Below, one piece after another: positions 6,855-17,308 of a stretch of DNA of 37,643 nucleotides. The position numbers and the translations under genes were made by a program. Under the pieces are notes generated by a model. The model saw only the letters and a list, made by a program, of their open reading frames with translations, was not told the DNA's origin and did not search any database. The DNA is from Sediminibacterium sp. (GTDB taxonomy: Bacteria > Bacteroidota > Bacteroidia > Chitinophagales > Chitinophagaceae), in assembly GCA_036734525.1 (NCBI GenBank), contig DAIMYK010000001.1, forward strand, positions 1 to 37,643, given 5' to 3'. The first letter of the stretch is position 1. Each line of letters begins with the position of its first letter.

Positions 6855-9827
6855 ATGCTTATGCAAAAAAATCATCTGGGCAGATGGATGCTCCTACTGC
6901 TCTTGAGCCTGAACATTTCGCAAGTTCTCGCCCAAGGCTTTACCGCATCCGGATCCGTTAAGGAAAGCCAAACAGGCAATCCACTCAGAGGCGTCTCCGT
7001 AGCCATAAAAGGCACCAAACAGGTAACTACTACCGACGCCAATGGTAATTTCAGTATTAAAACCACTGGCAATAATGCAGTGCTCGTCCTAAATTATGTT
7101 GGCTATAAAAAAGCCGAAGTAACAGTATCTCCTTCCAATTCTTCTGTTGCCATCTCTTTGGAAGAAGACATTAACCCGCTAAAAGAAGTCGTAATTACGG
7201 GTCTAGCCACTAACATCAAGCGTTCCAATCTCGCCAATGCTGTAACCACTATTTCCGCAAAGGACCTCGTGGGAACTACACAGATTCAAACTGCTGATGG
7301 TGCTCTTTATGGAAAAGTTGCTGGTGCCAATATCCGGATGAACTCCGGTGCTCCGGGCGGTGGTATCAACATCCAACTCCGTGGCCTTTCCAGCCTCACA
7401 CAAGCATCTGCACCTCTGATTGTTTTGGATGGTGTGTATATCAGCAATGCCTTCCAAAGAACCGGACGTGCCTCTGTTTCACAGGCGGGTGCCTCCAACC
7501 AAGACGATGGGGCCAATCGACTGGCAGATATCAACCCAGCTGATATCGAAAGCGTAGAGGTTCTGAAAGGACCCTCAGCTGCCGCTATCTATGGTACACG
7601 CGCGAATGCCGGTGTAATCGTAATTACAACCAAAAAAGGTGCTGCCGGCAAAACCAGCATCAGCTTTGGTCAAGATATCGGTATGGGAACTCCATTAAAA
7701 ATGATGGGTGTAGATGACTGGAGTGAGGCCAAAATCAATACCTTCTTTCCCGCAGCCAGAAGACCTATTGAAATTACCCGCTACCAAAATGCCGTATCCA
7801 CAGGTACTTTTGTAAACTACGAGGATTACTTCTATAATAATACCGCCTCTCTTCTTAACTCTCGTCTCAGCCTACGCGGTGGTGACGAAAAAACAAAATT
7901 CTTTGTCTCAGGCAACCTGACGAGTGAAGATGGAATAGTAAGAAGAACCGGTTTTGAAAGACAATCTATCCGTGCTAACATCGATCACAAAATCAGTAAG
8001 AATATCACACTGAGTGTCAACTCAAACTTCATCCGTACCAATACAGACCGCGGATTTACCGGCAACCAGAACAATACCGGTGCCAGTATCGGATACAACA
8101 TCGCCTATGTGCCCAATTACTTTGATCTGCGCCCGGTGAACGGAATCTATCCTGCTAACCCCTACTTCGCAGAGAATCCGGTAGCAGTTACCGACAAAGG
8201 CATCAACAACTCACTGGTAAATCGTTTCATTCAATCCTTCAATCTTGACGTAAACCTCCTGCGCACCGAAAAGTCTCAACTGAAATTCAGACTGAATGGA
8301 GGTCTCGACTACATCCAGAATTCTACCAAAGTATATCTTCCGGATGACCTTCAATACCAAAGAGGTCAGGCAAATCCCGGTGATGTTCTTGTGGGTAAGC
8401 AGGAAAGCATGAATACTAATTTTCAGGCAGCCCTCGTGTACAACTGGGAAGTATATAAAATAAAATTGATCACCCAGGCAGTTATGGATCGCCTTGATTT
8501 TAAAAAAAATTGCCTCTTTAACAGAGGTCGTGGCTTAGCCCCCGGACAATCCAATATTAAACAAGCAACTGTCCAGGAAGTGGAATCACAATTTGAGAGT
8601 TCACAAAGAGATGTGGGTATTTTCGCTCAACAAGAAGCCAACTACGAAGACAAAATCATCGGAACTGTTGGCGTTCGTATGGATAAATAACACACCAATG
8701 GCGACCCGCAGAAATATTTTGCCTTCCCTAAAGCATCGTTGGCAGTCAACCTGACCAATTTTGATTTCTGGAAATCAAGAACCATCTCTCAACTTAAACC
8801 CCGCATCGCCTATGGTCAGACGGCCGGACCCGTTCCCTTCGGTGCCACTTTCACATCATTAGGGGGTGTTAACATCGGCGGGTTACTGGGATCAACCGTT
8901 GCCACCAGCATCGGTAATCTGATCGTCGTTCCTGAAAGAGCTGTCGAACTTGAATTCGGAGTTGACGCCGGCTTCTTCAACAACCGCCTTTCACTCGAAG
9001 CAACTTATTACATCAAAACTACCAAAGACAACCTGCAACCCCTGAACCTCTCTCCTGCCACCGGAGTTGTAAGCACCATCAGCAACGAAGCAGAAATGAG
9101 GAACAAGGGTATTGAATTGAGCCTGGCCGGTACCATCATCCAGAAAGAAAAAATCAAATGGACCTCCCGTTTATTGTGGTGGAAAAATGATGTACTGATC
9201 ACCAGACTTGGTATCCCCTCCTACACTACCGGCGCATTCGGTACAGCTTTGGGAACCTTCCTGATTCGCCAGGGCGTTGCACCTACCACCATCGTAGGTA
9301 CTCCTTTTGTATCTCCTGATTTTACTGTATGGGGAAATGCACAACCTGATTGGACATCCTCCTGGTCGAACAACATCACCTTCCTGAAGAACTTCGAATT
9401 CAATGTTTTGATGGAATATAGAAAAGGTGGTGACAACATCAACCTGACTTCCTTCCTGACAGATGGCGGGGGAACTACCAAAGGTTGGTTTGATGATGAC
9501 AACAAGGATGGAATTCCCAATGGCCGCCAACGCCCCCCTGCACCCTTCAATAATGCCGGTCGTTGGGTACAAGATGCTACTTTCCTGAAAGTACGCGAAC
9601 TGGGCCTCTACTACAACGTGCCTAAGTCAGCCTTGGGAAAAGCTGGTAGCTTTATCCAAAGGGCAAGGGTAGGACTTTCCGGAAACAACGTATTTTTATC
9701 TACTAAATATGTTGGTTATGATCCTGAAACTTCCACCTTCGGTGCCCAGGCACTTGCCAATAACGTTGACGTAGCTCCCTACCCTTCTGCCAGAAGGTTA
9801 TTCTTCCACTTACAAATTGACTTCTAA
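6855..9827 (+). CDS. SusC/RagA family TonB-dependent outer membrane transporter (in-frame TAA at 8688-8690)
   Basis: Signal peptide, CarboxypepD-like N-domain, plug motif DINPADIESVEVLKGPSAAAIYGTRANAGVIVITTKKG and a C-terminal Phe. ORFs 6855-8690 and 8739-9827 share one frame and join as RMDK*HTNGDPQKYFAFPKASLAVN. Confidence 0.93.
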
Positions 9828-9838
9828 ATCATAACAAC

Positions 9839-11209
9839 ATGAAAAAGCTACCTATACTACTTTTAATGGGTGTTACCCTTTCGCTTTTCTCCTGTAACCC
9901 CTTCGAGATAAAAAAGCTGGAAGACCCCAACAACCCCAGTGAAGCAAGTGTATTAAACAACGCTTCCCGCAGTCAAATTCAATTCCTGGTGACAGGTCTC
10001 GAATCAAGACACAGAGGATATGTTACCAACATCTCTCAGGCATGGAACACTTTCGGAAGAGAAATCTGGTACCTGAACGCATCTGACCCCCGCTTTCAAA
10101 CAGACTGGCTGGGACAAGCAGGTCGCTTACCTGATGCGGCATTCTTCGGATTCGGAGCTACCGGCGGCGGATCCTATGCGACACCCTACCAAACAATCAA
10201 ACAAGGATATGTATTAATTGAATCTGCACAAAACAGTTCTTTCCTCAGTGCGGCTGAAAAAAATGCAATATCGGGATTCGCTAAAACTATCCAGGCCTAT
10301 CAATTTATTATACATGCCAACTGGCAATATGATAATGGTATTCGCACAGATGTGAAAGATCCACTGAAACCAGGTGGATTCAGATCTTATACTGCCGCTC
10401 TTGGCTTTATAGATTCATTGTTGAATGCCGGATTAGCCGACCTTAATAACGCCGGCACTGTATTCCCCTTCACATTGACAGCTGGTTTTGCCGGATACAA
10501 TACCATTGATGGATTGAAAAGAGTCAACAGAGCCATCGCAGCCAGAGTTGCTGTTTATCGCAAAGACTGGCAAGGTGCCCTTAATGCACTTTCTCAATCT
10601 TTCATGAACCTGACCGGTCCACTAAGCGCAGGTCCGTCGCATACCTGGGGCGCTCCTCCGGATTCTTTCAATCCGCTTTTCTACGTTTTAGATGCCAACA
10701 TCAATACCATCATCGTGGTACACCCATCTGTACTTGCAGATGCAACACCCGGAGACACACGTGTTAGCAGCAAATTCCACCAACGTTCTGTTCCTGTTAC
10801 AGTGACTACAGATGCAACGCCTCTGGTAGGAACACACCAGGACAAAAGATGGGCCACCAATACCGCTCCGATTCCCTTTATTAAAAATGAAGAGTTGATC
10901 CTCATCAAAGCAGAGGCTCATGCCCAGCTGAATCAAACTACTGATGCTGTAGCTGCAATCAACATCATTCGCACTGCAGCGAATATCGGTAACTATACGG
11001 GAGCTACTACACAAACAGCATTGATAGATGAAATTCTCTATCAGCGCAGGTACTCTCTTTGGGCAGAACCCTGGGGCCATCGCTGGATTGATGCCCGCAG
11101 ATATGATAAACTGAACACCATCCCAACATCATTTGACAAAGGAACCATCTTCCGCCAATTCCCTCGCCCTCAGGCTGAATTGAATTGGGACCTTTATGCA
11201 GGTGGGTAG
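9839..11209 (+). CDS. SusD/RagB family nutrient-uptake lipoprotein
   Basis: Lipobox LFSC, EELILIKAEA and ILYQRRYSLWAEPWGHRWIDARR motifs. Immediately follows susC. Confidence 0.92.
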   Translation: MKKLPILLLMGVTLSLFSCNPFEIKKLEDPNNPSEASVLNNASRSQIQFLVTGLESRHRGYVTNISQAWNTFGREIWYLNASDPRFQTDWLGQAGRLPDAAFFGFGATGGGSYATPYQTIKQGYVLIESAQNSSFLSAAEKNAISGFAKTIQAYQFIIHANWQYDNGIRTDVKDPLKPGGFRSYTAALGFIDSLLNAGLADLNNAGTVFPFTLTAGFAGYNTIDGLKRVNRAIAARVAVYRKDWQGALNALSQSFMNLTGPLSAGPSHTWGAPPDSFNPLFYVLDANINTIIVVHPSVLADATPGDTRVSSKFHQRSVPVTVTTDATPLVGTHQDKRWATNTAPIPFIKNEELILIKAEAHAQLNQTTDAVAAINIIRTAANIGNYTGATTQTALIDEILYQRRYSLWAEPWGHRWIDARRYDKLNTIPTSFDKGTIFRQFPRPQAELNWDLYAGG

Positions 11210-11232
11210 GTTATTCCTCAAAAGAACATAAC

Positions 11233-11266
11233 AAAAAGGGGTTATCAAATGGTAACCCCTTTTTTT
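11233..11266. terminator. Bidirectional rho-independent terminator between susD and fbp
   Basis: AAAAAGGGGTTATC-AAAT-GGTAACCCCTTTTTT, located between convergent genes. Confidence 0.88.
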
Positions 11267-11296
11267 ATAATTACTGAATCGAAAAAAATAAATTAC

Positions 11297-12325
11297 CTAT
11301 TCGACATCTGACTTACTCAAATACCCCGACAACTCTTCCATCATGTCGCGACTGCCGCCGAAAAAAGGACAGCGCTGGTGCAAAGTAGTGGGCTGAATAT
11401 CTAAGATCCTTTGCCGGCCGTCCGTAGCAATACCACCAGCCCTTTCTATCAGATAAGCCATCGGATTACATTCATACAACAACCGTAGCTTTCCCCCCGG
11501 CAAATCGGTCATGCCAGGATACATAAAAATTCCTCCCATGATAAGATTCCGGTGCACATCAGCTACCATACTTCCAATATAACGCTGACTATAAGGACCT
11601 CCCTCTTGCATCGCCCTTTTCTGACAAGCCGTGATGTATTGCTGAACACCTTTTTCATACCTAAAAAAGTTACCATGGTTAACAGAGTAAATGTTGCCGA
11701 TGGGCGGACATTGAATATCAGGATGACTCAAACAAAATTCCCCAATGGAAGGATCCAGGGTAAAACCATTGACACCCCGCCGGGTGCCATATACAAACAT
11801 GGTGCTGCTGCCATAAATAACATAACCCGCTGCTACCAACTTGTTGCCGGGTTGTAAAAAATCATTTTCCACACAAGGTTGTCCCACCGCACTCAGGCGT
11901 CGATACACACTGAAAGTAGTTCCAATGGAAACATTCACATCAATATTACTAGAGCCATCCAACGGATCAAACAGACATATATACTTGCTGTTATTACTTA
12001 CCTCATCATTGAAAATCTCAACACCCTCAATCTCTTCACTTCCAATACCCGCACAACTGATGCCATGCTTCAAAACCCCAACCAGCTGCTGATTAGCGAA
12101 TACATCCAGTTTCTTTACATCCTCGCCCTGAACATTGGTATGGCCGGCCTCTCCTAAAATATCTACCAATCCGGCCTTATTCACTTCCACATTGATCCGC
12201 TTTGCTGCCAGTCCGATATCACGCAACAAACTACTCAGCTCCCCGGTAGCAGAAGAAAAATTTCTGAGCTGCTGAATCGTAAACTCATCTAGGGTGAGTA
12301 CCTTTCTGTTGATATACATAGACAT
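11297..12325 (-). CDS. fbp: Fructose-1,6-bisphosphatase class 1
   Basis: NVQGEDVKKLD, FDPLDGSSNIDVNVSIGT, RYIGSMVADVHR and GKLRLLYE motifs. Confidence 0.97.
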   Translation of the reverse strand: MSMYINRKVLTLDEFTIQQLRNFSSATGELSSLLRDIGLAAKRINVEVNKAGLVDILGEAGHTNVQGEDVKKLDVFANQQLVGVLKHGISCAGIGSEEIEGVEIFNDEVSNNSKYICLFDPLDGSSNIDVNVSIGTTFSVYRRLSAVGQPCVENDFLQPGNKLVAAGYVIYGSSTMFVYGTRRGVNGFTLDPSIGEFCLSHPDIQCPPIGNIYSVNHGNFFRYEKGVQQYITACQKRAMQEGGPYSQRYIGSMVADVHRNLIMGGIFMYPGMTDLPGGKLRLLYECNPMAYLIERAGGIATDGRQRILDIQPTTLHQRCPFFGGSRDMMEELSGYLSKSDVE

Positions 12326-12362
12326 CAATTGAGTTAATCAATAACAGCCGTCAATTCACCGA

Positions 12363-12830
12363 TCAAAACTTTCTGATCAGTCTTACATGTACCGGAGTTT
12401 CCCGGTATTCCGTATAGGTGTAACCATTATAAAAGTTGATTACATACGCCCCATTCGCATCTTCCTTGGACGGCTGGGAAGTCCAGTAATTCCCTACCTG
12501 AAAACCACCAATCAACTGACGATGCACATACAATAACTCCAACTCCTCTTTATTGGGCACTCTCCACTGATCGGATTCACCCAAGCGGAAATCTTTTGCC
12601 AACTGTATCGCCTCCGACCACTTCATCATCTTCCCTGCATCTTCCTTGGCTACCAATAATCCATGAGGCACCTTCTTCTCATAACCCGGCTGACCCTTCT
12701 CAATGATGGTAACAACGATTCCTCCCTGATAACTATCACCGGGCTTTAATCGCTGCGCATGCACCGGAGCTGCGACAAAAAAAACCAGACAGAGCAACCA
12801 GGCTGTCTGTAAAATAATTGACCGCTTCAT
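12363..12830 (-). CDS. Secreted protein with a DUF1566/Lcl C-terminal-like domain
   Basis: Signal peptide, plus GDSYQGGIV, W..A, WRVPNKEELELL, YWTS and terminal VRLIRKF patterns typical of DUF1566. Confidence 0.7.
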   Translation of the reverse strand: MKRSIILQTAWLLCLVFFVAAPVHAQRLKPGDSYQGGIVVTIIEKGQPGYEKKVPHGLLVAKEDAGKMMKWSEAIQLAKDFRLGESDQWRVPNKEELELLYVHRQLIGGFQVGNYWTSQPSKEDANGAYVINFYNGYTYTEYRETPVHVRLIRKF

Positions 12831-12955
12831 TTTACTTGATTTCATATAGCAAGTTACAAACAAAATACCACCCACTTCACTTGCCGCCGATCAGATTCCC
12901 CTTCCACCCCATTTTCACTGATCTGTCGTAAACTACACACTCCAAGCTACATCGC

Positions 12956-13705
12956 ATGTGCTATTACCTGGGCATAGAAGTGAAAAAAGAAACCTTTATT
13001 CACCTGAAAGACTTGCAGGTGCAAGTAAAAGAACATGACCTGATTCGTCCCGTAATGAGTGGCTTTGAATACGACACCTGGCCCATTATCATTCCGGCAG
13101 CAGATGGAAAAGAACTGGAACTAACACTGGCACATTGGGAACTGATTCCCGGCTGGATTAACTCACAGGAAGAATTGGTCGCCAGCAGAAAAAAATTCAA
13201 TACCCTCAACGCTACTGCAGAAAGATTGTTGGAAAGCCGTGTCTATCAAGCTGCTGCAGTAAAAAGACGGTGCCTCATTCTGGCTTCCGGTTTTTACGAG
13301 TGGCTGCATTTTACACCTCCCGGAACAAAAAAACCCATCGCTTACCCCTATTATATCACAGTTTCGCACCAACCCTACTTTTTTATTGCAGGCATCTGGC
13401 AAAACTGGACTGACAAAGCAACGGGCGAGACCATGCCTTGCTTTTCATTGGTCACCACCACTGCCAATTCCATCATGTCAGCCATCCACAATACCAAAAA
13501 ACGTATGCCCACTATTCTTCCCGAAGATCAAGCCTACCAATGGATTCAACCTAACCTGAGTAAAGAGGAGATCGCCCGGCTGTCAGCTTTTTCTATTCCA
13601 AGCGACCAACTTTCTGCCACCACCATCCACAAAGATTTCAGAACATCCCACCATCCTACTGAACCATTTCAGTTCGGGGAATTACCCGAATTAGCCATCC
13701 GGTGA
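12956..13705 (+). CDS. SOS response-associated peptidase (SRAP/YedK/HMCES family)
   Basis: Cys2 (MCYY), NATAE, RRCLILASGFYEW and IHNTKKRMPTIL motifs. Confidence 0.92.
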   Translation: MCYYLGIEVKKETFIHLKDLQVQVKEHDLIRPVMSGFEYDTWPIIIPAADGKELELTLAHWELIPGWINSQEELVASRKKFNTLNATAERLLESRVYQAAAVKRRCLILASGFYEWLHFTPPGTKKPIAYPYYITVSHQPYFFIAGIWQNWTDKATGETMPCFSLVTTTANSIMSAIHNTKKRMPTILPEDQAYQWIQPNLSKEEIARLSAFSIPSDQLSATTIHKDFRTSHHPTEPFQFGELPELAIR

Positions 13706-13754
13706 CCGGCTGAAAACAAATCTCAAAATGCTAAATATTTTAGTATTTTGCGGG

Positions 13755-14042
13755 GTGGAATGGTTTTTCAAGATACTTTTTGACCGTAAGTACATCACGC
13801 TCAAAGCAAGACTCATCTACCTCTCTGATCAGGTGGAACGCATCGTAGTAATGGGACGCAATCGTTCCATTACCTTACAAAGCAACCGTCCCATGCTGGA
13901 AAACAAGGGTCTCAAAAACAAGCGGATACATTGGAAAATCATAGACGGCACCCTGCACTCCCTCAATGTTCAGCAAAATATTTTACAAAGCCTCGAAAGA
14001 CATTTAAAAAACAATGGACCCGTTCCACCTCCTTCGCCTTAA
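13755..14042 (+). CDS. Hypothetical protein (~95 aa, basic; start uncertain)
   Basis: Open frame filling the SRAP-trmB gap on the same strand. GTG start chosen. No recognised motif. Confidence 0.6.
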   Translation: MEWFFKILFDRKYITLKARLIYLSDQVERIVVMGRNRSITLQSNRPMLENKGLKNKRIHWKIIDGTLHSLNVQQNILQSLERHLKNNGPVPPPSP

Positions 14043-14060
14043 CCTGTCTGCCGCTACTTG

Positions 14061-14068
14061 TATATTTG
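14061..14068 (+). promoter_or_regulatory. Bacteroidota -7 promoter box (TATATTTG) upstream of trmB
   Basis: Exact TAnnTTTG match ending 7 nt before ATG 14076. Confidence 0.55.
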
Positions 14069-14075
14069 CGGAACC

Positions 14076-14780
14076 ATGGGACAAAAAAAACTGATTCGGT
14101 TTGAAGAGATCCGGCATTTTTCGAATGTGCTGGAATACCCTTCACAAATGAAGGGAAAGTGGCATGAATTTTTCGGTAATCACCACCCAATAACACTGGA
14201 ACTGGCCTGCGGTAAGGGAGAATATGCAGTGGGATTGGGCCGACTGCATCCTGAGCAGAATTACATTGGCATCGATATCAAAGGTAATCGAATTTGGAGA
14301 GGTGCAAAGACCGCTCTGGATGAAAAGCTGGGCAATGTGGCCTTCATACGATCTGCTATCGATCAGGTGTCGAACTATTTTGACCCGGAGGAAGTAGCCG
14401 GTATTTGGATAACCTTCCCTGACCCGCAATTGCGGGAATCAAGGTCAAAAAAAAGACTGACCCACCCCAGGTTCCTTCGGTTGTACCAACAATTCCTTGC
14501 TCCCGGAGGAAAAGTACACCTGAAAACCGATAGTCCGGTTTTATACACATTTACTTTAGAAGTAATTAACTTATTTGGACTTTCCTTGTTATACCATACA
14601 GATAACCTGTATGGAGGTGGTGATGTGTCTGAGGAATTATCCATTAAGACACATTATGAGGGTTTGGACATAGCAGGTAGCCAACGCATACATTATATTT
14701 GTTTTTTACTGGACCAGCCCCTGCCGACAGAGAAAGATGTGATTTTAAAAAAACAGACAAGTGAGCCAGGAATTGATTGA
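14076..14780 (+). CDS. trmB: tRNA (guanine-N7)-methyltransferase
   Basis: LELACGKGEY, GIDIKGNRIW, ITFPDPQ, KKRLTHPRFL and LKTDS motifs. Confidence 0.96.
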   Translation: MGQKKLIRFEEIRHFSNVLEYPSQMKGKWHEFFGNHHPITLELACGKGEYAVGLGRLHPEQNYIGIDIKGNRIWRGAKTALDEKLGNVAFIRSAIDQVSNYFDPEEVAGIWITFPDPQLRESRSKKRLTHPRFLRLYQQFLAPGGKVHLKTDSPVLYTFTLEVINLFGLSLLYHTDNLYGGGDVSEELSIKTHYEGLDIAGSQRIHYICFLLDQPLPTEKDVILKKQTSEPGID

Positions 14781-14970
14781 GGGAACAGATTTTTATTATG
14801 ATGAAAACGGCATGACCGTGTTCACCCGCGAGTACCACCTTAACAAGGGTTACTGCTGTGGTCATGGCTGCCTTCATTGTCCTTACGACTATATAAATGT
14901 GCCTGAGCCGAGGAAGTCATATTTATCAAAAAGCACCAACGAACAATTGCCCCCGGCCGCAGCTCACTAA
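14761..14970 (+). CDS. Small Cys-rich protein (DUF5522-like)
   Basis: DFYYDENGMTVFTREYHLNKGYCCGHGCLHCPY pattern. GTG start overlaps the trmB 3' end. Confidence 0.8.
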   Translation: MSQELIEGTDFYYDENGMTVFTREYHLNKGYCCGHGCLHCPYDYINVPEPRKSYLSKSTNEQLPPAAAH

Positions 14971-14978
14971 TTTTTCCT

Positions 14979-15368
14979 GTGCGAAAAAAGAATTCAACAG
15001 AACAGCCCCGAGAAGTATTACCCGCAGGTTCGCGTGATACAGACTTTTTCAGCAGGGTATATGAGGTAGTTCGCCTGGTGCCCAGGGGAAGAGTCACCAC
15101 CTATGGCGCCATCGCGCGTTTTCTGGGAAGTGGGAAAAGTGCTCGTATGGTGGGCTGGGCTATGAATGCTTGTCATCACGTAAAGCCTTCGGTACCGGCA
15201 CACAGGGTGGTGAACAGGAACGGACAGCTTTCAGGAAAAATGCACTTTGGTGATCCGAATCGAATGGAGCAATTGCTCAAGAAAGAGAAAATAAAAGTAT
15301 CAAAAGATACGATTGTCAATTTCGAACAACTACTCTGGGATCCCCAGCAAGAAATTGAAATGCTCTGA
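14979..15368 (+). CDS. MGMT-family alkyltransferase-like (ATL) protein
   Basis: VPRGRVTTYGAIA...SARMVGWAM HTH, with PAHRVVN in place of the catalytic PCHRV. Confidence 0.9.
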   Translation: MRKKNSTEQPREVLPAGSRDTDFFSRVYEVVRLVPRGRVTTYGAIARFLGSGKSARMVGWAMNACHHVKPSVPAHRVVNRNGQLSGKMHFGDPNRMEQLLKKEKIKVSKDTIVNFEQLLWDPQQEIEML

Positions 15369-15953
15369 TCAGCGGTAATATGGATGAATCATCCAGTAAA
15401 CTATAGGGCCCGTCACTGCAACATAGAACCAAAGTGGCCATGTTATTTTTGCCAGTTTTGTATGTAGTGCATATTCTGCAGTTAATGCCCGGTAGGCAGT
15501 AAACAATATGAAGGGAAGAATAATTGCTGCCAGAAAAATATGCGTAATCAGAATAATGAAATAGACTGTTCTTGTACTACCGACAGCCAGCAACTCATTC
15601 GCATCCACTTCGCCATCGTGGTTGCTGTCACCAAACTTAGCTTCCCCTGCAAGAAGGTGGTGTAGAATATAAGAAACCAAAAAGATCACAGAGAAAATGA
15701 GGGCTGTCATCATCAATTGCTTGTGCAAAGTATAGTTACCCTTTTTCACTGCAACCAAAGCTGCCACCAGCAACACAGCTATCAGGGCATTGATGAATGC
15801 ATTTGCCGTAGCAAAAACATGCACATCAAAACCTGGATCAAGATTGAGTTGAATCTTTCCAAGTAATACGACTACTGAAAAAACAACCACAGAAAAAATT
15901 CCGATCAGCCAATATGCTTTTTTATCATTCTTTGCTAAAACAGGGGGTAGCAT
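15369..15953 (-). CDS. DUF420 (CtaM-like) membrane protein
   Basis: Multiple TM helices, HK..M, FLVSY, HIFLA and WFYVAVTGPIVY motifs. Last gene of the oxidase cluster. Confidence 0.85.
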   Translation of the reverse strand: MLPPVLAKNDKKAYWLIGIFSVVVFSVVVLLGKIQLNLDPGFDVHVFATANAFINALIAVLLVAALVAVKKGNYTLHKQLMMTALIFSVIFLVSYILHHLLAGEAKFGDSNHDGEVDANELLAVGSTRTVYFIILITHIFLAAIILPFILFTAYRALTAEYALHTKLAKITWPLWFYVAVTGPIVYWMIHPYYR

Positions 15954-15964
15954 ATAATTCGGTT

Positions 15965-16786
15965 TTAATTGACAATATTTTCTCTTTTCTTTCGGGACTG
16001 CATAATTAGTACAAAAAATATAACCAAGACCACAATGATGAGCCACAGCCAGCCAAGTTCCTGAATTTGAATGAACAAACGGCTCTTTTTTGTTTTGTCT
16101 TTCTCGAGCAGCAACAATCCTATATCGCGGGAAAGCTTTAACATAGACGCCGAATCGAGCCCGTTATAATAACCCCGCACTTTATAATACTTATCCAACA
16201 ATACAAATCTACTGGTATGAACGAAGTCGGGGGTCACCGGTTCTTCACTGAACTTGTCTACTTTCAGCTCGTTGAATGCAAAATCATAAATGGCCTTTCT
16301 GTCACCGGTAAGCATCCACCAGTTGTCATGGTTAACACCCATCCGGTCTGCATATTCTTTCAATACAGGTACACTATCGTGCTCAGGATCTACTGTGAAT
16401 GAAATAAACTGTACGATGGAACTGTCCAGTTTTTTCCGGGTATTTCCTCCTCGCAAAAAAGATTCCTGCAGTGTCTGCATGTTGGAGGTAAGTCTGGGAC
16501 AAATTCCACGGCAGCTGGTGAAAAAGAAATCTGCAACGATTATTTTTCCGGGACGATCATACAATGAAACCGTATCCCCCAATTGATTCACCAGCGTTAT
16601 ATTGGCTGTCTTGTGCCAAACTGTATCACTAACAAGTTTCCCTTTCACCTCTTTTGCCACAACCGTATCCATGAGGTAATGTCGTGGCATCTCCACGGCA
16701 TTGTCACTATATGACTGCAGCAACAGATAAGCGGAAAGGGGCAGAACAAGTGCCAGCATCAACCCTAACAGTGCGCTTTTATTCAT
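15965..16786 (-). CDS. SCO1/SenC family copper chaperone
   Basis: FFTSCRGICP (CxxxCP), TVDPEHD and FVHTSRFVLLD motifs. Confidence 0.93.
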   Translation of the reverse strand: MNKSALLGLMLALVLPLSAYLLLQSYSDNAVEMPRHYLMDTVVAKEVKGKLVSDTVWHKTANITLVNQLGDTVSLYDRPGKIIVADFFFTSCRGICPRLTSNMQTLQESFLRGGNTRKKLDSSIVQFISFTVDPEHDSVPVLKEYADRMGVNHDNWWMLTGDRKAIYDFAFNELKVDKFSEEPVTPDFVHTSRFVLLDKYYKVRGYYNGLDSASMLKLSRDIGLLLLEKDKTKKSRLFIQIQELGWLWLIIVVLVIFFVLIMQSRKKRENIVN

Positions 16787-16796
16787 GTGGTACGAT

Positions 16797-16823
16797 TAAA
16801 AAACCATCGCCGCCGGCGATGGT
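16797..16823 (-). terminator. Putative rho-independent terminator after the subunit IV gene
   Basis: Minus strand reads ACCATCGCC-GGC-GGCGATGGT followed by TTTTT. Confidence 0.65.
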
Positions 16824-16854
16824 GTATGATCAAATAGTATGGAGAATCAATCTA

Positions 16855-17268
16855 CTAATGCTTACCACCTTCCGGCTTGTGCTCTTTCTTCTCTACCTTG
16901 ATGGTGCTTTGTTCCTTAAAATGCGGATCGTACGTGTTGCGCAGATTTTTAAAGGAGTTTCCATCATAGAGGAAAGCGATGATGAACCAAATGAAGAGAG
17001 CCAGCGGTACTACAATCGTCATAATCAGGTTGCGGATCTCATGTTTCAGGTGCATGAAATAAGCTACGATATAGAATGCTTTTGCCATCATGAGGATGAC
17101 GATTACACCCTTGATCAAAAGACGCAGGCCCTGTTTCTCCAATGGTATGCCAATCATCATAAAACCCAATACCAATTCGATGATGGTGAGAACCGTGAGA
17201 ATGATGGTTACTTTCCAAATCTCTTTCGTTCCTCCACCCGACTGGTGTTCTGCATGTGTATGTTCCAT
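16855..17268 (-). CDS. Cytochrome c oxidase subunit IV family protein
   Basis: Three TM helices and KAFYIVAYFMHLKHE motif, within the oxidase operon. Confidence 0.88.
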   Translation of the reverse strand: MEHTHAEHQSGGGTKEIWKVTIILTVLTIIELVLGFMMIGIPLEKQGLRLLIKGVIVILMMAKAFYIVAYFMHLKHEIRNLIMTIVVPLALFIWFIIAFLYDGNSFKNLRNTYDPHFKEQSTIKVEKKEHKPEGGKH

Positions 17269-17308
17269 AAATAAGCTTAGTAGTGTTGAGAGAAAATTAT
17301 TGTTACAA

